From the human T2T-CHM13v2.0 reference genome, Homo sapiens, in the NCBI RefSeq assembly GCF_009914755.1, contig NC_060929.1: a DNA stretch of 64,000 bases. One strand, written 5' to 3'. The position numbers were made by a program, and so were the translations under genes. Below, piece after piece: positions 56,075 to 64,000 of the stretch (positions within the stretch are counted from its first letter, which is position 1; every line of letters begins with the position of its first letter). The notes under the pieces are model-generated. The model saw only the letters and a list, made by a program, of their open reading frames with translations. It ran no database searches and had not been told where the DNA came from.

Positions 56075-59000
56075 CTGCCTTTCACCTTATTTTTGAGGAC
56101 TGCAGTTGAGGCTTGTTTGTGAAACTACAACGCGTCGATTTCTTTGATTTCCAGGCACTTGAATTTAAAAAAACTTTCTGAGTGTATTGAATTTTTCCAA
56201 AAATGAGCCTTTTGGTGTTCTAAAAAAACCGGCTGATTCTACTAGAATGGGGTAGAAAATGGGAACTGCTCAATTACTCATGAAAATCTTCTGCCAACAG
56301 TTTCTGAACTCAAAGGAACAACCATGCGATGTGGAGGAGAAAATGGATCCAACGTTTTTTCCGGGGATTAAAAGTGAGTCGGAAATTGCCAGGACTTGGG
56401 AGAAAAAGGCTCTTGTTGAGTTCCCCTTTGAATCACCGAGTCCCTTTCTCTCAGAGTGCTAAGTGTTGAGATGCAGCGTCCTTACTGCCTAGAAACCCAA
56501 CAAAGACTGGCTTGGTGGCTGCTTTCAGGTTTCAGTTCTATGTAGAATTTTAACCATGAAAAGATACAAAGATTGGTTTCTTCTGAGTCCTTAACTGAAC
56601 ACCACAAAGAGGGACAATTAGAGGGGCACTAGGCTACTGTCTCTCACCAGCTGTGCTGCTGCTGTTTGGAATCTTGGGACCCTAGGAGCCGCATGGGGTA
56701 CACCATCCCAGCCCCCTCCATTCCCAGTGCTCAGACACACACCACAGACTCAACCCTCCAGGGGTGGCGCTTGCTGGGTGCTGGGGAGGCTGCCTGCTGC
56801 AGTGGAGAGAGGATGGATCTTTACTTAGCTTTGTAGGCTGGTGTGTCACTGACTTGTTGGGTGTCCTAATCTGTAAAATGGAATAATAACGCCTGGATTG
56901 GAGGCCAATTATTAGGATGAGGTGAGATAATCATGGATACTGTTGGCATAGTGTATGAAGGCAATAACGGTAGCCATTTATATAATATAGTTGTTCTCTC
57001 CATTGTGCCCACCCTTGATTTATAGTGCAGATACCCTTCTGCCCATCTTTGAAAGCCCCCTCTCCGCCCACTACCGCAGACCATTCCCAGCTCCCTATAC
57101 TCTGCTCTGACTGAGCGGGTCTCCATGGTTTCCCCTGTTCATCTGCTGGTTACACATGTGAATAAGGGGCTGGTGCCCCTGACCTTGAGCAAACGTCTCG
57201 ATCTTCCTTATAAATGGAAAGGGATTGTGACATCTCCCCCCTAGGGATCACTGCAAAGGAAAAATTAGACAGTGGAAACCAAGTACCTAGTACAGGGCCT
57301 GGCCCCTGGTAGATGCTGAATAAAACCCCCTTCCGCCGCCTCCCCCTAGAACGTGAGCCAGAAAGGACATCTGAACAGACAAAGCAGCTCCCACAAAGGC
57401 CATGCGCTGCCTATACGCATAACTTAGGAGGCTCTCTCAGCAGCTCACCTGGTTTGTGGTGTGCAGCAGAATGGGCATGTGTCTAGAGTTTGCACTCAGA
57501 CTACTAGGTTCAAATCCTTCGTCTGCCACTTTCATCAAAAAGTTATAAATTTCTCTAAGCCCTAGATTACTCGCCTAAAAAAGGATTGTAAAAAAAACTA
57601 CCTAACATTTAAATGATTCCAGGATGAAATGTCAGGAAGCATGCAAAACAGCCCATAATCAAAACGCAGCAAATTATTATTGGTGTTCAACAAATATTTG
57701 AATAAACATTTCTACAGTTTTCACACGAATAGTTTCACTAGCTACATATACTTAGTAAAATTGTGTGCTATAATATACTTACTTGTATCCTGACCTTTGA
57801 GTATTCAGTTTCCTTTTATTTTTATTTATTTATTTTTACCTGTGGTAAATGATGCTTCAGTGAACATCTCCATGCAGCTATCAATTTCTTCCACTGAAAG
57901 TCTTCCCTGAGGATAGACTCCTAGAAATGGCATTGTTCACTTAAAGGGCTTATTCAGCAATTCCTGAAGATATTTCTATAATACCACACTGGAAAGAGTT
58001 GCTGCAGAGAGATATTTGATAACACAAAACACCCAGAAAGGGTTCTGTTATGCTCAGCAATCACTCCTAATGGAGATCTTCCTTCCACGCTAGCTTTTTA
58101 TTTTACTCTATTAGGTTCAAATCCATGGCTTTAAACCTTGTTACATTATGTGATTATTTCAATTTTGAATCCATTGGGGGCTGTTATTCATAGGTACTTG
58201 TTTTTTAAAGCCTTGTTAATGATAAAGTTGATGTAATTATAAAGTTACTTATTTTTTGCAACGGGGCTTTAACCAGTTTTTCTTTTTTGCCTTTATTTAT
58301 TAGACTGAGGGGTTTGACTCTAACTTAGGCAAAAACAGAATGAGTTGGCTCCTATAAACTGAGAAGGGCTGTACAAGGCAAAGCGAGATCCAGGGGCTAA
58401 CCCATGCGGTCTTAATCCCGTCACTCCATTTCTCTGCTCTGATTCCTTCTGTGTGTTGGCTTTGGTCTCAGGCAGGTTTTCTTCACAGGACCTCAAAACA
58501 AACTTCTGGTTCTCTGAGTTCAAGTCTTTACGGCTTGGGACCCAAAGAGAAAACAGGCCTGTTTTTCCAGCTTCCATCTAGTAAATCTTGTGAAGTCTCT
58601 CACTGGCTTTCTTGGGTCAGGTGTCCATATCTGAGCCAATCAATGTGCTGGGGGAAGGATCCTGGGCTCTGATTGGCCAACCTGGGTCATGTGCACCCAA
58701 GTCCTGTGGCTAGCATCAGAGTGCATGGAATCATGATTTACAGCTCCCCTGGGCCTCACGGGGAAGAGAGGGATGCTGGATGAAGAGGAGGGTGAGTTAC
58801 CGAGCTTCTCTGGACGTCAACGTCCTGTTCTGTGAAACGGAGATTACAGCAGTGCCCACTTCCCAGGCTGGTTGTGCAGGTTACATAAAACAATGTGCTT
58901 GTCACTCTACCTGGCATGGAGTAAGTTTCATTAACTGTTAGTTTTGAGGACAGCCACAATAGTCATACCTACTAGGGTTAAGTAAATCTGATTAATATAA

Positions 59001-60114
59001 AGGCATTTTACCTGGGCATGGTTGCCCTGTAGCCCTGTAGCTTTTGAAATGGGAGGAGAGTCACCAAGTGGCATTCCGAATGTCTTCCTAGAAATGTTGG
59101 AAAATCCCTAATCCTCCCTGTGCACTGTGCCTGGCACAAGGCAAGAGCCTCTTTCCCTTCTTTCATTTTTATCTTTTCCTAGTCTTCAGGCCCCTCCTGA
59201 TCTCTGCCCTGTAGCTACTTTTTTACCCACCTGTAATTATCAGCAGCTACCAATTACCCAGCCACCCAACTGTGGGGAAATAAGGGTAACTGTGGGTTCC
59301 TGGGGCTCGATCACTCCCTCCCAGAGGTGCATGCCCAATCAGAGGGTAGCAGGAATGGACGAAATCCTTCCCTCGGGCACCTAAGAAGGTGACTGTTGAC
59401 TGCATTTTCTACCTTTGAGAGGAGTGCCAGCCTTGAGGGTGATGTGTTGTGTTCTCAGATTCAGTGCAGGGCAGCCCACGTGACTCAGTTGCTCTCACAG
59501 TGCAGCAAGATCTAAGATCTAAAATGATCTGTCTCCTCTTCCTATTTTAACATCTCTTAAATCAAAATATGCCTTCTAATAAATGTGCGTATTGTAGGTA
59601 GTGGATTACCAGCCCTCCGCAGCCCCACGCCTACCTCCATCTTATATTAAATTGATGCTGCTTCTTACCATCAGTGGTGTCATAAAACAGAAATATAGTA
59701 ATGTGCATGCTAAGGGACTGTAGGCACTCAGGGACTGTGCTAAGCATTTATGTGCATGATTAGGTTTAGTCCTTCTAACTACCCTACGAGATAGGCCCAG
59801 TTATTATCCTCATTTAACTACTAGAGAAACTGAGTCTCCAAGCGGGACTTTGACCAAAGTTGCATGGTTTGTAAATGGCCAAGCCAGGATTCAAACCTAG
59901 GCAGCGCTTTCTGATTCTAGAACTGTGCTCTTATCCGATACATTATAGTTTCTTTGTTAGTTCCGAGGGTTAGATTGTGCAGCGAGGAAGCATTCTACTT
60001 TGGTTTTTATGATCAATAACTGGGTTAAAAGGGGAAGTCCCTCTGTTCCACCTTGCCTTCCCCTCCTCAGGGCACCCACCTCAGGCGCCAAGCGGCACGC
60101 AAGTTGCAAAGGCA

Positions 60115-60129
60115 CCACAAGATGGCGCT
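60115..60129 (+). promoter_or_regulatory. Candidate CTCF site (overlaps YY1-like AAGATGGCG)
   Basis: CCACAAGATGGCGCT core with an upstream TTGCA module, in a locally CpG-rich unique segment. Confidence 0.65.
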
Positions 60130-62527
60130 TTCGACCTTTCTCCTTAATGTGAGCTCTGGGCCCGGACTGCCTTTCCCTGCACTTCCTGTTAATGCACAGA
60201 GATGTGTTTAGTGGAGCTGCTGCTTGACGGTTTTCCGCAGAATTAAAGCCTTGCAGCCTGTTGGAAAAGAAACAGGCCATAGTCGCGGTTGGACGCCATG
60301 AGGGGTGTGTGCACGGAAAAGCGGTGCTGTGTGGACAGAAGAACTCTGTTCAGCACCCAGATGGTGGTTGGAAACCAGTGGTGGCGTTTGGTCATTTCAC
60401 AGTAAGCCTCTTCTCCTTAGGCCGATTCCTCAGTATCAAAAGTTCTATGAGTTCACTCAAGAATCTGTTTGAAAAAGAGTGAGTTAGGAATTTCAGTGTC
60501 CCTTCAAGAGCTTTTGAGAAATCTCAAGTCAAAGGCTTCCCGAACCTTCTCCCTCCCACCACACAGCCGCCTGCACGGAGGAAGGCTGCTGTGGGGTGGG
60601 GAAGTGGGGGGCACCTTGGGGAGAGTCTACCTGCTGGGCTCAGGGAGGTACCCAGGTGTGGGAGGGACGTAGGACACCCTTCAGGTCAGCTTTCCAATGA
60701 CTCGGGTGAATGAATGTCACAATTTTAGGGCTGGCATGTCCTGGGTGGGAGGGTCCCAGAACCTTCTGGTCATGTGTGGATGATAACATTTCCTAATGAT
60801 TCACAGAGTTGAATATATGCTCTAAAAGAAGAACCTGGACATCAGGGCTCAGTTCCAAGAAGCATCCTCCCAGCTTGCTAGCCCCAACTGACCGCTTTCC
60901 TTGTTCTCCCTCCTCCCAGCAGTTGTAAAACACCTACTCTGTGCTAGGGACTCACAGGGGCTAGGAATTCTGAGACAAAGTCTATTCACTATTGTTAGGG
61001 ATCCTACATCCTAGTTGGAGAAACACACATATCTATAACAATGCGGTTTAATGTGTTAATGCTGAGGTGTGGTAAAATAGTGAGGCTCAGACAGGCCTGG
61101 GTTGAAATCCTGGCATGGCTCTCTGGTAGCTGGGTATCTTTATGCAAGTGATTGAATCTCCATCAGACTCAGTTTTCTTACGTATAAGACAAGGACGGAA
61201 GTATAGATGTCAAAAGGTTGATGTGAAGATTGAATGAGAACTTGGGTAAGGCACCTTGTCCCAAGCTTAACCCAGGGAGATGCACAAGTTTCATTGATCT
61301 CCTTACCCTCTAAGAGATTTGCAAACATTTTCAGTACACTGGGTGATAGAATGTGAATTCCAAATACTTCCCAAAGGTTGAAGTGACAGGAAAAAAACTG
61401 GTAAGATTAATTGGGGCATATGTAAAGTGGTAGGGCTAGCTTCAAAGGATCAATTACCCCAGCGTAAGATTGGAGTGGAGATACGTGTGGCATGAAACTC
61501 TGCTCTTGTGTGATGAGGCCTTGGGGACCTATTAAATGCTTGCTTAATGGATGTGACTTGGTGGCTGAGAACATTAGCAGACTTAGATGGGGTTAATAAA
61601 AGTACTGTGTCCAGGACAAAGAAAATGAGCCACAGCCACACAGCAGGTGGTTTGGGAGGGTGACCTGGAAGGCAGGGGCCTGGACACCATCACCTAGAAT
61701 GGCTGAGAGGACAGCAGGGTTAGCTCAGGAGAAGGTCAGGTATGTCCCAGCATGGCCTCTGCCTTCTGAACATGTCAAGGGCTGGTACCTGAAATAGGCA
61801 TTGTGCTACCTCTGTGTAGCTCTGAGGATGGAACTCAGGAAGCATCTTTTAGTGTCCTGATTTAATCCTAACACTTTTTAGCATGTGGACTTTTCCAATC
61901 ATAGAGTGAGCTGCTTTTTGAGCTGTGAGGCTCCTGTTACTGGAGATATCCAAGCCACCTCTGGATGCCCTACCTGGGATTGTCTAAGGCAGGAATTACT
62001 CACACAGGGTCCAAGGAGCCATAAGGATGACATCAGGGAAGTCTAAGAATCTCCTGAAATGGTTTGCAAAATATACTGGGCATTTTTTTTTTTCAGGGAA
62101 AAGGAATCATAGCATTCATCAGCTTTTCAAGGGGGCCCAGAGTTCAAAAGCAGTTAAAAAATTTACAGCTTCAAAGAAATTTTTCTAGTGGATATAAGGT
62201 GGGACTAGATTCTAAGGTATTTCTTCCCCCAGGTTTAAGATTCCTTGGACTGTTAAATACATTTTTTAAGAAACACAAATTTATTATTATTAACTATTAT
62301 TCACTGTGTGCTTATTATATGCTACACAAAGTGCTAGATATTCTATTTGAATGGTCTCATTTAGTGTCTCAAGAAATTCTTTGAAATTAAGCACTATTAT
62401 TATTCTTATTTTGGAGGTGATGAAACAGGCATGGAAGTTTGCCCAAGGTCACAGAAGGTTTCAGATTCCTCTCTTGGTAGATACGTTCTTCAAGTTTGGC
62501 CTTTTTATGCCTTATAAATGTAATGTT

Positions 62528-62849
<322 letters not shown>

Positions 62850-62910
62850 TTAATCCAGATTTTATAGGATATAAAACTAAAGTTTCTCTTGGACATTTTA
62901 AAGGCAGATG

Positions 62911-62942
62911 ATAATAATAATAATAGTAATAATAATAATAAC
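62911..62942. repeat. (AAT)n microsatellite
   Basis: AAT run at the edge of a MIR-like relic. Confidence 0.85.
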
Positions 62943-64000
62943 AACTACCATTTATTTACTGCCTACTTTCTGTGTTGAGACATTTATCTCATTTAATACT
63001 ATAGTTGTAAAGTTGGGACTGGGAGAAATTATTTTATCCACGGGCCCCTAGACTTTGAAGGAGAGGGTTGAGGACAGCTCTGCAGACAGCTGGGGGTGGA
63101 CATTGGGCTGGGGGTCTGCGCCCCTTTGTGTATCTGTTCCCATGAGAAGCCATTGGAATAGATTTCCAGGGAAGTGCAGAAAACCCCTAGCATCTGGAGT
63201 GGGTGGGCATCCAGGTAAGACAGTGGCAACTGGACATTTCCTAAAGTCCCAAGAACGATGCTCTGGCCCTGGGCTAAACACAGAGAGGAAAATTGAGGCG
63301 GTAAACCTGAAGGGTTCAGGGGCCACCCCAGAGCTGCCTGGCTCCAGGTGGCTCAGAGAGGCTGTGACACCAGCAGGGACCCCATGGCTGCATCTTAGGT
63401 CTGTGCCCTCTCTTTCACCCCAGCTCCTTCAGGCTCAGGGAAAGGAGCAAGTGAGTAGCCTTCTGGTGGGCTAACACTCCAGAGTTAGGGAGTCCTCGGC
63501 AAGGTGGGGAGGGAGCTGCGCCTTTGGGTCTGGAAGGATCCCCCAACCTTCTTGGCATGCTTCAGCCTTCTACAGCCTCCTTGAATTGGAATAGGATGTC
63601 AAAGGCCCATATCGCATTACCACTCCTCTGAAGTAGCTAATCCCTCACTTAAAGCACATGCCAACCACATTGTCAAGGAAAAGTTTGCCTCAGTCCTCTT
63701 GGAAGTGCAGCTGCCTGGCTGACTTTTATTTTCTTGAAACCAGAACCTGATGCTTAAATCGTCTGGGGAATCTCATATGGGCAGACACATGGAGAGAGGG
63801 ACAGTGTTTTTTATTTAGTTCTTCATTCAACAGATGAGTCTCCAAAATACCTGGTGCCTCCCAGCGAACAATCTGACAACATCAGATCCAGGCTGCAGGG
63901 AAGGCAGGCCAGGCTGGAACAGGGGATTTTAGGGTACTCTATGGGGTTAAAGAGTTACCATAACTTCTAAAGGGCCCAAACTCACTTACGAGTTGGTGAT

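Noticed and set aside
56755-56772. CTCF-like CTCCAGGGGTGGCGC
   Set aside because: The core spacing does not fit the consensus, so it is too weak without ChIP data.

Overview
Human-type genomic DNA containing one protein-coding gene, NEUROG1 (neurogenin-1, proneural bHLH). The CDS is at 34099-34812 on the minus strand, inside a CpG island, with a poly(A) signal at 33416-33421. From memory this is chr5q31.1, with CXCL14 probably just beyond the right edge. A second CpG island lies about 8 kb upstream (about 42650-44050). It sits in a transposon-poor block (about 39.9-47.5 kb) rich in OTX/K50-homeodomain, SOX, POU, TCF and proneural E-box motifs, the likely enhancer/eRNA region. The flanks are dense in Alu, L1M, MaLR (THE1/MST/MLT1), MER21, L2/MIR and DNA-transposon relics, including an 11-kb nested stack. 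The best leads are: (1) a well-formed 83-nt GT-AG intron in the 5'UTR of this nominally single-exon gene; (2) a candidate human utNgn1-like upstream RNA; (3) an Alu whose CpGs were preserved inside the upstream island; (4) tandem Pumilio elements, one overlapping the poly(A) signal; (5) a divergent CTCF motif pair; and (6) a template-switch hairpin inside an Alu. All other ORFs look like repeat-derived or GC-rich noise. Repeat family names come from remembered consensus sequences and their boundaries are approximate.
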